Origin: Felis catus
Lineage: Eukaryota
NCBI RefSeq assembly: GCF_018350175.1
Contig: NC_058368.1
Location: 99,760,001-99,824,000, forward strand
Direction: 5' to 3'
Length of the DNA: 64,000 bases
This document shows positions 40,640 through 54,019 of the stretch, in pieces. The translations under genes and the position numbers were made by a program. Within the stretch, counting starts at the first letter, position 1; every line of letters starts with the position of its first letter. The notes beneath the pieces were generated by a model that made no database searches, was not told the DNA's origin, and saw only the letters and a list, made by a program, of their open reading frames with translations.

Positions 40640-41990
40640 AAGTGAAACAGTCAATATGCATTGATGTTAAAATTTTTCATCAAACTGAGAACATAAGGGA
40701 ATTTTGTCCAAAATTCTATAGCTAACATTATACTTACTAGCAAATGACTAATGCTTTCTCCCCCAAATCAAGAACAAGACAAGGATTTTTACTGACATAA
40801 TTCCTATTCGACATCATTATGGAGGTTCTCTAGTCAGAGCAATGAAGGAAGAAGAGAAAAAGGCATACAGATTGGAAAAGAAGAAAAAAGTGTTTCTACA
40901 TGTAGACAATATGCTTGTCTGGGTGGAAAATCTCAAAGGTTCTACCAAAGAAGCTACTCAAACTAAGAAGTGAGTTTAGCGAGTTTGCAGAATACAAAGT
41001 CAATATACAAAAATCAGTTGGGACTCTATAGACTAGCAACGAACAATTGTAAATTGGAATTGAAAAGTACAGAAAACTTTAAATACTTAGTTAAAAGCTT
41101 AAAAAAATGCAAGATTTGCATACCAAAACTACAGCACATTGACAAAAGAAATTTTAAAAGTCTAATGAAACAAAGTATAAGCAAATAAATTATGATCATG
41201 CATTGCATGATTTATATTGTTGAAATGTTCAATTCTCCGGGTGCCTGGCCGGCTCCGTCTGTTGAGTGTCTGACTCCTGGTTTTGGCTCAGGTCATGATC
41301 TCACTTTGGTGAGATCGAGCCCCACAGCAGGCTCCACACTCAGTGGAGTGGGATTCTCTCTCTCCCTCTGTCTCTCCCCTTTTCTTTCTATCCCTCTCTA
41401 AATAAATAAATACATACATAAATATTTTTAAATGTTCAATTCTCTGGAAACTCTTCTATAGATTTAATAATTCCAGTCAAAATCTCAGCAGCATTTCTTA
41501 TGGAAATTGACAAGCTGGTTCCAAAATTATGTGGTGAAGCAAAAAAGTAGAATAGCCAAAATCCTTGTAAGGAAGAACAGCAAAGAAGGTAGATTTATAC
41601 CACCAGATTTCAAGACTTAGTATAAAGCCACAGTAATCAATACAGTATGGTATTAGAGGAAAAAATGAACATATAGATCAATGGAGAAGAATTTAGACTC
41701 CACTGCTAGATCCCTACACACACTGGTAACTGATTTTCTACAACTGTGCAGTTCAAAGGATATTCTTTTCAACAAGTGGAAATGAACAATCACAAACATA
41801 CACAAACAAAATGAACCTTGACTCTTACTTTGCTCCATCTCCAAAAATTAGCTCAAAAGGACATGGACCACAGAGTTAAATGCAAAACCTAAAGCCGTAA
41901 ATATCTAGATGAAAACGTGGGAGAAAATCTCTGTAGTCTTCAGTTAGGTGAAGTGGTTTTAGGTAAAACATCAAAAGCACAATCCAGAAA
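40640..41990 (+). mobile_element. Old L1 ORF2 fragment with CanSINE at about 41238-41425
   Basis: RT-region remnants (ggcatacagattggaaaagaagaa, gaatacaaagtcaatatacaaaaatca); SINE TSD aaatgttcaattctc. Confidence 0.85.
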
Positions 41991-42234
41991 AGAGGACAGC
42001 ATTGCTGTCGATGATTATTGTGCATATTAATTCACTAATATTATACGTATTAATAACTCAATGTTTTACAAAGAACATCTATGTTACGTTTGTGGAAAAG
42101 AAAAGTAAAATATCTGATATTAGATCTTTCCTATTAATTATTCTTTCTCTGTCTCTGGCTGAACCACCCTGTACTATTCTCGGTTCAACTGCCAATGGGA
42201 TTCTTTTTTAACAAAGTCTTATTTCTGTATATAT

Positions 42235-45200
42235 TTTTTAAAATTTTTCTTAATGTTTATTTATTTTGAAAGAGAGAGACAGAGCACGAGTGGGGGAGGG
42301 GCAGAGGGAAAGACAGAGAGAAAGAGAGAGAATCTGAAGCAGGCTCCAGGCACTGAGCTGTCAGCACAGAGCCCGATGCAGGACTTGAATTCACGAACTG
42401 TGAGATCATGACTTGAGCTGAAGTCAGATGCTTACCGACTGAGGCACCCAGGCGCCCCAGCTTACCTCTGTGTTTTTATGCTAAAAACATTTAAACTCTC
42501 AAAAAAAATTTTAGATTTTTTAAAAAATATGTCATTCAAGGCTTTTCCCTTCTTCTCCCATCTCTGATCCATTATTCTTCATATCTTGCACTGTATGTTC
42601 CCACTCTACAAGCAGGTCACTGCAAGAGAGTTACTGGAGAACTGAAAAAAGCTAAAGCAGTATACCTATAGGAAATGTCAATACTGACCAAAAAGTCTCC
42701 CTTCTAGGACAGGAATTGATCCTGAGAAGAAAATGCTGGGGGGCAAAATCAAAACTTCAAAAAGGCAGCCACACTAGCTAAGATGCCTTCTAATTTTCTG
42801 TTGCTCTGAAGTGGCAGCTCCAGAGATCCCAGCATGACTGAGCATGAGTAAACCAAGAGAATTTAGGCCCCATAAGGAATTTGCATAAAGCTATGAGAAT
42901 CAGTTTTAATATAATGGCAATGTTAGTCCTGAGGAACGTTTTCATAAACATGCCCATGGAAGTTCACAGATACGGGAGACTAAAGAACAAAGCTCTACCG
43001 TGTTCCTTGACTTGTCTCTCTTCTCAAAATGAATAAGGAAAATTGTCAATAGTTCATCTGTCTGTCATAGTTCTGAGGATTCTCTGTTAATTGCTACATC
43101 AAAGAATTTCCATTATTCATCAATTCTCAGATCTGAATTCACCTACAGTGAAAGAAAATGCCCGTATTCAAAGCTGCTGTGACAGTACAATGAGAAAGTA
43201 CACACATTTAATTTTTTTAAGTTTATTTATTTATTTTGAGAAGGAGAGAGAGAGAGAAAGAGTGAGAGGGAGAGAGAGAATCCTGAGCAGGCTCCACACT
43301 GTCAGCGAAGGGCTCAATGCAGGGCTCGAACTCACAAACTGTGAGATCATGACCTGAGCCAAAACCAAGAGTCAGATGCTTCACCAACTGAGCCACCCAG
43401 ATGCCCTAAAAGCACACACATTTAAATCAAAATAGTAATTCTCTAAAAAGCTCTCTCAGGAGAATAGTTTACTTCTATCTACCTGTACCACATTTCTACA
43501 TGCATTTCTAATGTTTGGGGTTCCAATTATACTCAAAAAATAAATAAATAAATGTCTCACAACTGCCAAATAATACTGGCTTGTAAGTTCTCTTGAAAAA
43601 TTTTTGCTCAAGTTACATGTGTTATATAACATTAGTAGAAATCAATACCCATGACTCTTTAAGTCCCTTAAAAATATCATAAATATACACAGATAATACT
43701 ATTTGCTCTAGTTACTCTCACATTCTCTTGGAGGAACTAGCCCCCAATCTTAGAACTAAGACGAAAACTAAAATTCTGAATTAAATTGGATATACTTTTC
43801 TTAAAATATGTTTTCTTAAAGCAATAATGAAGGATTGAGTTTAAAAAAAAAAAAAAAAGGAGAGGGGCGCCTGGGTGGCGCAGTCGGTTAAGCGTCCGAC
43901 TTCAGCCAGGTCACGATCTCGCGGTCTGTGAGTTCGAGCCCCGCGTCAGGCTCTGGGCTGATGGCTCAGAGCCTGGAGCCTGTTTCAGATTCTGTGTCTC
44001 CCTCTCTCTCTGCCCCTCCCCCGTTCATGCTCTGTCTCTCTCTGTTCCAAAAATAAATAAACGTTGAAAAAAAAATTAAAAAAAAAAGGAGAGAAGGAAA
44101 AAGAAGAGGATAGTGTTATATCGTTCAACTCCAGAATACAAATGAAAGAATGACGTTTTTGTTGAATTCAAGTAAAATCCAAAGTTTAACTCATCCAAGT
44201 TAGAGGATGTGACTATAAAAATCTGTTATCTGAGATAAACTATTGTTTGATGACCTGGAAAAATTCTAGAATTTCAAGGGATAGTTCTGGGTTGCAGTTA
44301 TATTGAGTAAGTAGGAACAGGGATAAGATTTTTTTATTACTCTATAAATCCAGATTTCTTCATAAATATTTTCCACTTTCTTGCTCTTTAGTACACAAGG
44401 TTTGTGCTCAGTCATTTTATGAATTTATTTCCACCAAAAACAATATATATAGGGGTGCCTGGGTAGCTCAGTCAGCTGAGTGTCTGACTTCCGCTCAGGT
44501 CATGATCTCACAGTTCGTGAGTTCAAGCCCCGCGTCGGGCTCTGTGCTGACAGAGCAAAGCCTGCTCTAGATCCTCCCTCTCCCTCTCTTTTCACCCCTC
44601 CTCACTTGCTCTCTCTCTCTCTCTCTCTCTCCCTCTCTCTCTCTCAAAAATCTATCTATATAAAATCAATCAAAGCAGTCATTATATAATCCAATCTTCT
44701 ATCTAGCCATACTGCATTTGGTTTGAGTTAAGGTGTAAATGTCTGAAAGAACCAGAAACTTTGTGTCAGAAAGTGGGCATGAGAAGCTAAAATCATGAAG
44801 CAGGAGTGCCCGTTAGTTCAATCAGGGACACAAAACTACAAAGGCCAAGTAAGCAAACAGCGCTCTATTTGCTATTGGGGGTGCACTCCTTCCAGAACAA
44901 TGGACTATGAGTCCCTTAGAAGCAGGGATGACAAAGTTTGATTTTTGTACCTCCAATGGTAAGTGCAGTGCCGGACACATTGTAGGTACCAAATAAACTA
45001 TACTGAATATATGAATACTTAAAATGTCTGAAACACTTACACAGCTTCCACAACCAGCAAAAGAGATTGCACACCTCAAAATCTTGAAAGAACTTACCAT
45101 TTAAAAGCCTGGTCTCACTGGGGCGCCTGGGTGGCTCAGTTGGTTAAACGCCCAACTTCGTTTCAGGACATGATCTCCTGGTTTGTGGATTCGAACCCCA

Positions 45201-45245
45201 TTTTGGGCTGTGTGCTGACAGCTTAGAGCCTGGAGCCTGCTTCGG

Positions 45246-45291
<46 letters not shown>

Positions 45292-45879
45292 AAACAAATA
45301 AACATTAAAAGCATGGTCTCATGAGTCACAGAAACAACTTGGGACCAAAGAAATGCATTAGGGAAAGAAAATGGATCTAGGTTTTTTTTCTTTTGATTTC
45401 TTCTGTACTCCTCTTCTCATCTTTCTCTTACAACTTGGTGGTCCACATAACCCACATCTTCTCATTTTATTTTTAATATAGCAAAAACATAATAAGAAAA
45501 TATATATATTAAAATTTGAAAAAGAAAAAGAAAAGGAAATTTTACCATTTAGTCCCTACACATGTCAGGCAACTTACAAACATTATTTAATTTGTCTTCA
45601 AAAGCAGGGTGTAAGATAGTGATTATTATCATTATTTTACAGATGAAGAAACTAGATAGCAAAAGGTTTTATCAGTTTATCTTTAATAAAACATGTGGTA
45701 AGTAGTGGAACAGCATTTAAACTCAAAGACTTTCAATCCCAAATCTCAAACTGTTTCCCTATCTCTACACTCTTTGCAAAATAACTAGTTTAAGGAAATA
45801 CTGCTTATATTGTAAATGATTATTTTAAATAAGTTTATCACAGATTTTTTTTGTTTTTTTAATCTTTATTTACTTTTGA

Positions 45880-45928
<49 letters not shown>

Positions 45929-47598
45929 ACAGCATCAATGGGGGAGGGACAGAAAGAGAGGGAGACACGGAATTTGAAGCAGGCTCCAGGCTCTGAGCTG
46001 TCAGTACAGAGCCCAATGCAGGGCTTGAGCTCACAAACTGTGAGATCACGACCTGAGCCAAAGTCAGATGCTTAACCACCTGAGCCACCCAGGTACCCCT
46101 ATCAAAGATTTTCTTAAGAGAGAAACTCCCAAAGTGAATTTACAATATTGCAGTGATACAAAAAGTATTTAACAAATAAATTTTGCAAAACATGGATTGT
46201 TCTAGGTATACTATAATCAGAAATCTAATGCCGGTGGCGTTTCAATAATACACATACAGAAGAAAGTGAATTGGAACCAAAAACTTTAGGACCCATTAGC
46301 CTCTGCCATTGATTTTTACATCACATAATCACATTCTTCTAGTAAATTACTCTGTTTTCTAATCTTAGAATTTGAAAAAAAACATGCTGACCACCTACCT
46401 GAGGTATTTGACAACTAGCTATTTTGTCATCTAACTGATAAGTTCTTTAAAATATATATTTAAAAAAAGGTTAGAGCGGGAGAGATCCAAAACATAAGAG
46501 ACTCTTAAAAACTGAGAACAAACTGAGGGTTGATGGGGGGTGGGAGGGAGGGGAGGGTGGGTGATGGGTATTGAGGAGGGCACCTGTTGGAATGAGCACT
46601 GGTATTATATGGAAACCAATTTGACAATAACTTTCATATTTAAAAAAAAGAACTGTATAACTCTTCATAGTTTTCATAAAAAAATAAAATAAAATAAAAT
46701 ATATATTTACAAATATAAGGTAATTAAAATTGACCCAGAAGTAAAGAATGTTGAGGGCAGGGATAGACAAAGCTTCAAATTTTCCTCCAATGGGCACAGA
46801 AAGAAATTTATATATTTTTTATAATGAATGACCCTTTTATTGATTTCCAGTTATATGTTGTGCCAAGAATTACAGTAGAAAACTGCTAGACTGGTAATTT
46901 ACTAGAATATAAAGTAACCCAGAAATCCATTTTTTTTAAAAGCAAACATCAAAGGATTGTAAACTCTGGGAAAATAAAATGGGACACAATATAGAGAATT
47001 TTGTTGTTATTCGTGGTAGCTATAGCAGTGAAAAGTGGCATGGATATTATATCTACGTTCAGACTAAAATAATAACACTAAATGTTTTTTTTAAATCTAT
47101 TTCATTCATTGATCATTCAATATTATTATATTAGGCTAGAAGGTAGGGCTATGGAGGTAAAAAAAAAAAAAAAGATATAATTCCTGCCCTCATGAAGATC
47201 TCATTACAATGGGAAATGGGGAAAAATAATTAATAATTAATCAACTAAGGAAAGATATCACAATAAATTCTCAGATCAAAATATATAAGGGATTTTTTTT
47301 AATAAGTGTGTGTATGGGGAACATTTAGTGGACACTCCATGTGAGCAACAAGTAAGAATAGCCCTCTTACTAATGTATGAGCTGCCTATAACCCAAAGAT
47401 TTTTTTTTAATTTAAAGGAAGTAGGGGCACTTGGGTGGCTCAGGTGGTTGAGCGTCCAACTCTTGATTTTGGCTCAGGTCATGATCTCATGGTTGTGAGA
47501 CTGAGCCCTGCATCAGGCTCGGTGCTGAGCATGAGGCCTGCTTAAGATTCTATCTCTCTGTCCTTCTCCCTCACTTATGCTCTCTCGAAAAAAATAAA

Positions 47599-47638
<40 letters not shown>

Positions 47639-47660
47639 ATATAAAATTAAATATAAAAAA
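42235..47660. mobile_element. CanSINEs at about 42235-42457 (-), 43210-43406 (-), 43864-44087 (+, young), 44452-44660 (+), 45120-45308 (+), 45846-46099 (-, CA-expanded), 47424-47660 (+)
   Basis: Heads, CT tracts and tails seen. Confidence 0.9.
46465..46650 (+). mobile_element. Feline L1 3' UTR stub
   Basis: Close match to 48205-48385, with G-rich tract and A tail. Confidence 0.85.
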
Positions 47661-47754
47661 TAAAAATATGTTATTAAGTTTATCTAACAAAGCCATTTTC
47701 ATACTTTGTTGTCTATGTGAATTAAAGTCTAACCACATTAAGACAATGTTTTGT

Positions 47755-48385
47755 CTGAAAACTATAGAAAGCTTATGAAGGGAATTGAAGAAGATACAAA
47801 GAAATGGAACAACATTCTGTGCTCATGGTTTGGAAGAATAAATATTGTTAAGATGTCAATACTACCCAAAGCAATCTACACATTCAATGCAATCCCAATC
47901 AAAATTGCACCAGCATTCTTCTCGAAGCTAGAACAAGCAATCCTAAAATTTGTATGGAACCACAAAAGACCCCGAATAGCCAAAATAATTTTGAAGGAGA
48001 AGAGCAAAGCGGGAGACATCACAATCCCAGAATTTAGCTTCTGCTACAAAGCTGTAATCATCAAGACAGCATGATATTGGCACAAAAACAGACACATAGA
48101 CCAATGGAATAGAATAGAGACTCCAGAAATGGACCCACAAAAGTATGGCCAACTCATCTTTGACAAAGCAGGAAAGACTATCCATGGGGGAGGAGAAGAA
48201 AAAAAATTAGAGAGGGAGGGAGCCAAACCATCAGAGACTCTAAAAAACTAAAAATAAACTGAGGGTTGATGGGGGGTGGGAGGGAGGGGAGGGTGGGTGA
48301 TGGGCATTGAGGAGGGCACCTGTTGGGATGAGCACTGAGTGTTGTATGGAAACAATTTGACAATAAATTTCATATTAAAAAAAAA
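47755..48385 (+). mobile_element. Young feline L1, 5'-truncated and internally deleted
   Basis: ORF2 remnant [50 protein letters not shown]; perfect 16-bp TSD taagacaatgttttgt at 47739-47754 and 48386-48401. Confidence 0.95.
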
Positions 48386-48429
48386 TAAGACAATGTTTTG
48401 TGATGGTCATCACTACTTTCATTGTATTT

Positions 48430-51400
48430 TATTTTTAAATTTTTTCTTTTTGCATTTACTTTTTGACCCCCTTCACCGATTTCTCCCACTCTCCACCACC
48501 AACATATAAGTTTTGTTTTTTTTTAGTTTCCATATATAGGAGATATCATATGATATTTACCTTTTCTGTCTGACTTATTTTACTTAGTATAATACCCTCA
48601 AGGTCCATCCTTATTGTTACAAATGAGAAATGGCAAGATTCGCCCTTCCATATGGCTGAATAAGAGTCCATTGTATATACAGTCCACAATTTCTTTATCC
48701 ATTCATCCTTCAGTGGACACTTACACTGTTTCCAAATCTTGGTACTGTAAATAATGATGCAATGAACATGGAGGGTTTTCAAATTAGTGTTTAGTGTTTT
48801 CTTTGAATAAATACCTAGAAGTGCTGGATCATATTGTACCACATTTACTCTTTCTAAGGAAACTCCGTACTGTTTTCCACAGTGGCTGCATCAATTTACA
48901 TTCCCACCAAGAGTGCACAAGTGTTCCTTTTCTCCACATCCTCCCCAACACTTGATATTTCTTGCCTTTTTAATAATAGCCATTCTCACAGATATGAGGT
49001 GATATCTCATCACAGTTTTGATTTGCATTTCCCAGATGATTAATGATGATGAGCATCTTTTTACATATCTGTTGGCCCTCTATGTTTCCTTTAGAAAAAA
49101 TGTCTGTTAGGATCTTCTGACTATTGTTTAATCAGAGTTATAAAGAACTCATACAACTCAATGTTGTATGAGTTCTTTATATATTTTGCATATTAACTCC
49201 TAATAAAATACATGATTTGTAAATATTTTCTCCCATTTCATAGGCTGCCTTTTCAATTTATGGATGGTTTCCTTGGCTGTTCAGAAGCTTTTAGCTTGAT
49301 GTATTGACCTGTTTATTTTTGCTTTTGTTGCTTTCGGTTTTGATGTGAGATTAAAAAAATAATTGCCAAGACCCATGTCAATAAGTTTATTGCCTATATT
49401 TTCTTTTAGGAGTTTCCTAGTTGCAGGTCTTACATCAAGTCATTAATACATTTTGAGTTAATTTTTGTGTATGCTGTAAAATAATAGTTCAGTTTCATTC
49501 TTTTGACTGACTGTCTACTCCCAATGCCATTTATTAAAGAGACAATCCTATCCTCACTTTATATTCTTGGCTCCTTTGTCATAAATTAATTGACCATATA
49601 TGCATGTGTTTATTTTGGGGATCTTTATTCTGTTCCATTGACCCATGTGTTTGTTTTTATGACAATACCATTCTGTTTTAATTACTGTAACTTCATAATA
49701 TAGTTTAAAGTCTGGGAGCGTGATGCCTCCAGGTGTGTTCTTTCTCAAGATTGCTTTGGCTTATTCAGGGTCTTTTGGTGTTCCATGCAAACTTTAGGAT
49801 TATTGTTTCTATTTCTGTAAAAAATGCTATTGAAATTTTGGTAAGGACTGCATTGAATCTGTAGATTGCTTTGGGTAGTATGAATATTTTTACCATATTA
49901 ATTCTTCCAATTCATGTGCATGGAATATCTTTCCATTGGTGTCTTCTTCAATTTCTTTCATTAATATCTTGTGGTTTTCAATATATTGGTCTTTTATCTC
50001 CTTGGATAAATTTATTCCTAGGTATTTTATACTTTTTGATTCAATTTTCAATGTGATATTCTTTATTTCTTTTTCTGTTACTTGATTATTAATATATAGA
50101 AATGCAACAGATTTTTTATACCGATTTTGTATTCTGCAACTTTACTGAATTCATTTAGTTCTAACAGGTATATTTGATGGTGTATTTAGGATTTTCTATA
50201 TATATTACCATATTACCTGCAGACAACTTACAATCTTAACTTTTCCTTTCCAATTTTGATGCTTTTATTTCCTTTTCTTGCCTAATTGCTCTAGCTAGGA
50301 CTTGCAATAGTATGTTCAGTAGAAGTGGTGAGAATGGGCAACTTGGTTTTTATTATCTTGAAATATGTTCCTTCTGTTCCCACTTTCTAAGAGTTTTTAT
50401 CATAAATCAATGCTGAATTTTGCCAAGTGTTTTTTCTGCATCTACTGAGATGATCATATGATTTTTATCCTTCATTTTGTTAATGTGGTATTATACTGAC
50501 TGATTTGCAGATGTTGAACTATCGTTGCATCCCTGGAATAAATCCCACGTGATCATGGTGTATGATTCTTTTAACATATTGTTGAATTTGGTTTGCTAAT
50601 GTTTTGTTATGGATTTTTATTTCTATGTTCATCAGAGATAATAGTCTGTAATTTTCTTCTCTTGTGACATCCTTGTCTAGTTTTGGTATCAGGGCAATGC
50701 TGGCCTCATAAACTGAGTTTGAAAGCGTTCTCTCCTCTACTATTTTTTGCAAGCGTTTGAGAAGTATTGGTATTAAGTCTTCTTTGAATGTTTGGTAGAA
50801 TTCACCAATGAAGCTGTCTGGTCCTGGACTTTTGTTTGTTGGCAAGTCTTTTGATTAGTTATTTAATCTACCAATAGAAAATGGTCTGTTCAGATTTTCT
50901 ATTTCGTCATGATTCAGTCTAGGTGGGTCGTATATGTTTCCAGGAATTTATCCAGTTCTTCATTGTCCAATTTGTTGGTATATAATTGTTCACAGTGGTT
51001 TTATGATCCTTTGTACTTCAGTGGCATCCGTAATATCTCTTCCATTTCTCATTTTATTGACTTCTGTTTTTCTTGGTGAGTCTACCTAGAGGACTGTCAA
51101 TTTTGTTTCTTTTCAAAGAACCACCTCTTAGTTTCATTTATCTTTTCTATTGTCTTTTTAGTCTCCACTTCATTTATTTCTGCACTAATCTTTGTCATTT
51201 TCTTCCTTCTACTAACTATGGGCTTTGTTTTTCTTTTCTAGTTCTTTAAGGCATAAAGTTGTTTATTGGAAGCTTTTTTTGTTTCTTGAAATAGGCATTT
51301 ATAGCTATGAGCTTCCCTCTTAAGACTGCTTTTGTTATATTCCACAATTTTTGGTATAGTTCCATTTTTGTTTATTTCAAGGTTATTTCTTCTTGATCCA

Positions 51401-51755
51401 TTAATTTTTCAATAGCATGTTGTGTGGTCTCTGCATATCTTTGAATTTTCCAGTTTTGTTCATGTAATCAATTTTTGGTTTCATTCTACTGTGGTTGGAA
51501 AAGATACTTAGTATGATTTCATGCCTCCTAATTTATTAAAACTTGTTTTGTGGCCTAACATAAAATCTATCTTGGAAAACTACCATGTGAACTGAGAAGA
51601 ATGTGTATTTTGTTGCTTTTGTATGGAATGTTCTCTATATATCTGTTTAGTCCATCTGGTCTAACATGTTATTTAAGGCTAAAATTTCCTTATTCATTTT
51701 CTGTCTGGATGATCCACTCCTCAATTTAAGTGGGGTATTAAAGTTTCCAACTATT
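48430..51755 (-). mobile_element. Degenerate carnivore L1, ORF2 (endonuclease through C-terminus, with deletions) and 3' UTR
   Basis: [27 protein letters not shown] and [12 protein letters not shown] remnants. Confidence 0.95.
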
Positions 51756-51999
51756 TAATTAATAAAGTCCCCTTCTCTATGAATTAAAGTATAGCCACAC
51801 AAAAACAATGTTTTCTGATAGTCTTCATTATGTTTAAACTGTGAAAGAATTTCTGGCTTTTACCAAAATTGATAGGATATGGTCATTATGTCATTTGTAA
51901 TAAACCATTGTGAGTTGCCTTTTCAGTATCCATCTATCTTTTCTTCTACCAAAAGAATTTTGAATTATATTTAAAATATTCCTTCATCACATCCTGTTT

Positions 52000-52440
52000 A
52001 GAAGTACTGATTCAACTCCCTGCTCCAGTAGGAAGCTCTGTCTACTTTAAGCTAATCTTATCTTTCCATTTTCCTGCCCACAGTGATTGTACAAGAACAG
52101 GAGTGTGTCATTCAGAATTAACTAGATTTGAAGAAACATTTCCTGTGGATTGAAATTTTCCCCCCTTCTTTATCAGGAGTATCAAAATGGATGTCTTTTT
52201 CTCTGCTGGCTCTAAATGTATAATTTACCCAGACCTGGGCACTTTTGTAGCCAAATCTGGGGTCACAAGGAGAGAGTCAATTTGAAAATCAAGTCAAAAC
52301 CAAAGAAGTAGAGCACAAAAATGTGTTTTGGCCAGATCTTTGAGCCTTATACCAAGCTATTTATTTTATTTCTTTAAACCAGATTGGGTCAGATTTTCTA
52401 AATAATTCTGTTATTAGGGGCCTAATGGATAACAAATCTT
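52000..52440 (+). mobile_element. Degenerate MLT1-like LTR
   Basis: Motifs cacagtgattg and ctttaaaccagattgggtcagattttct. Confidence 0.4.
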
Positions 52441-52913
52441 CCACAACTTTGGTCTAAATTACATGGCATCAAGGTAGTTCCTACCTCGTAATAACTCAGC
52501 TTTTCCCTCCCACTTTCATTCTGTATCACTCTCATCAACCTCATGACATTTCTTGAGGGGACATCTCATAGGAGTATAAGAGCTTATACTTGTGAAACTT
52601 ATTTTCCATAACAATTTACAATATAAGTGTTTTTTATGTTATCAAATACCTTGGGAATTTTAAAAAACACAACCCCCAAAAATCAGTGCAGATTTGAGGC
52701 ACCTATGTGCTCATTTGGTTAAGCATCCGACTGTTGGTTTCAGGTCAGATCATGACCTCACCGTTTGTAATATTGAGCCCCATGTCAGCCCCTTCCTTGA
52801 CAGCCTGAAGGCTGCTTGGGATTCTCTCTCTGCCCCTCCCTCACTCATGCTCCCTCTGTCTCAAAATAAATAAATAAACTTAAAAAAATTAGTTCAGATT
52901 CTCCTTCGATTAC

Positions 52914-52994
52914 CTGGGTATCTTTCCATCCTAACTGGGGCTTTAGTAATGTGAAAGATGTAAAGCATCTCTTTAGGTGCTAGTACATGGATAC
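52914..52994 (-). CDS. Candidate 81-nt symmetric exon
   Basis: Acceptor cacttttattcccag, donor cag|gtaatc; only the phase-1 frame is open (IHVLAPKEMLYIFHITKAPVRMERYP). Confidence 0.25.
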
Positions 52995-54007
52995 CTGGGA
53001 ATAAAAGTGCATGTAAGGTTGTTACACGAGAAAACAATTTAAGGGGATCCTGGACGGCTCACTTGGTTAAGCATCCGACTTCAGCTCAGGTCATGATCTC
53101 ATAGTTCATGAGCTCAAACCTTGCAGTGGGCTCTCTGCTGAAAGGTCAGAGCCTGGAGTCTATTTCAGATTCTGTGTCTCCCTCTCTCTCTGCCCTTCCC
53201 CTGATCATGCTCTCTCTCTCAAAACTAAACATTAAAAAAAATTTTTTTAAAGAAAAAATGTAAGTTATATTTTTTAAATACCATGTATTTGTAACAGAAA
53301 CTTTTTGGATCACCCCACAAAATCATTTTCCTTCATCTTTTAATTTTTTTAAACAAAAATTATCAAATAGCAGCTTTACTGATTTGTACAGCTTTAACTT
53401 TGGGGGAAAACTATGACATCTCTCTCTACCTTAATAGGATACCAGTTCTAGCATTTGTAGATTTCCTACCAGGATTTTGTCTAGTCACATATTTTATGTA
53501 ATTATGTTCAAATTTCATATTCATTGCTCTGTTCTATATTTTCATTTAATGTTTAATATTGTAATTTTCCATGGCGATACCTAAATAATTATCATTTTCA
53601 TGGCTTCTTAACATTTTATTAACTGAGTGACAAAAGGTATTTAACCACATTCCCCACTATCAGCTTTTAGAAGAAAAATGTGTTTATCTGATCATCAATT
53701 CTCTACAGAATATAATTTCACAGTTTAAAAAAATGTATGGATGGGGTGCCTGGGTGGCTCAGTTGGTTAAGCATCCGACTTCGGCTCAGGTCATGATCTC
53801 ACAGTTTGTGAGTTTGAGACCCGCATCTGCCTCTGTGCTGACAGCTCAGCCTGGAGCCTGTTTCAGATTCTGTGTCTCCCTCTCTCTCTGCTCCTCCCCT
53901 GCTTGTGCTCTGCCTCTCTCTCTTTCTCAAAAATAAATAAACATTAAAAAAAATTTTTTTTAATGTATGGATGTAAGAAATTTTCTTTTCTTTAAAAGAG
54001 CACATAC

Positions 54008-54019
54008 CTTTGGCATCTA
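54008..54019 (-). CDS. Candidate 12/9-nt microexon with NAGNAG acceptor
   Basis: tttaac branch-like motif, ctggctttcattcttcag|tag|atgccaaag|gtatgt; both lengths preserve frame. Confidence 0.25.

Noticed and set aside
46534..46561. G-quadruplex-like tract (also at about 48271-48297)
   Set aside because: Standard part of the L1 3' UTR.
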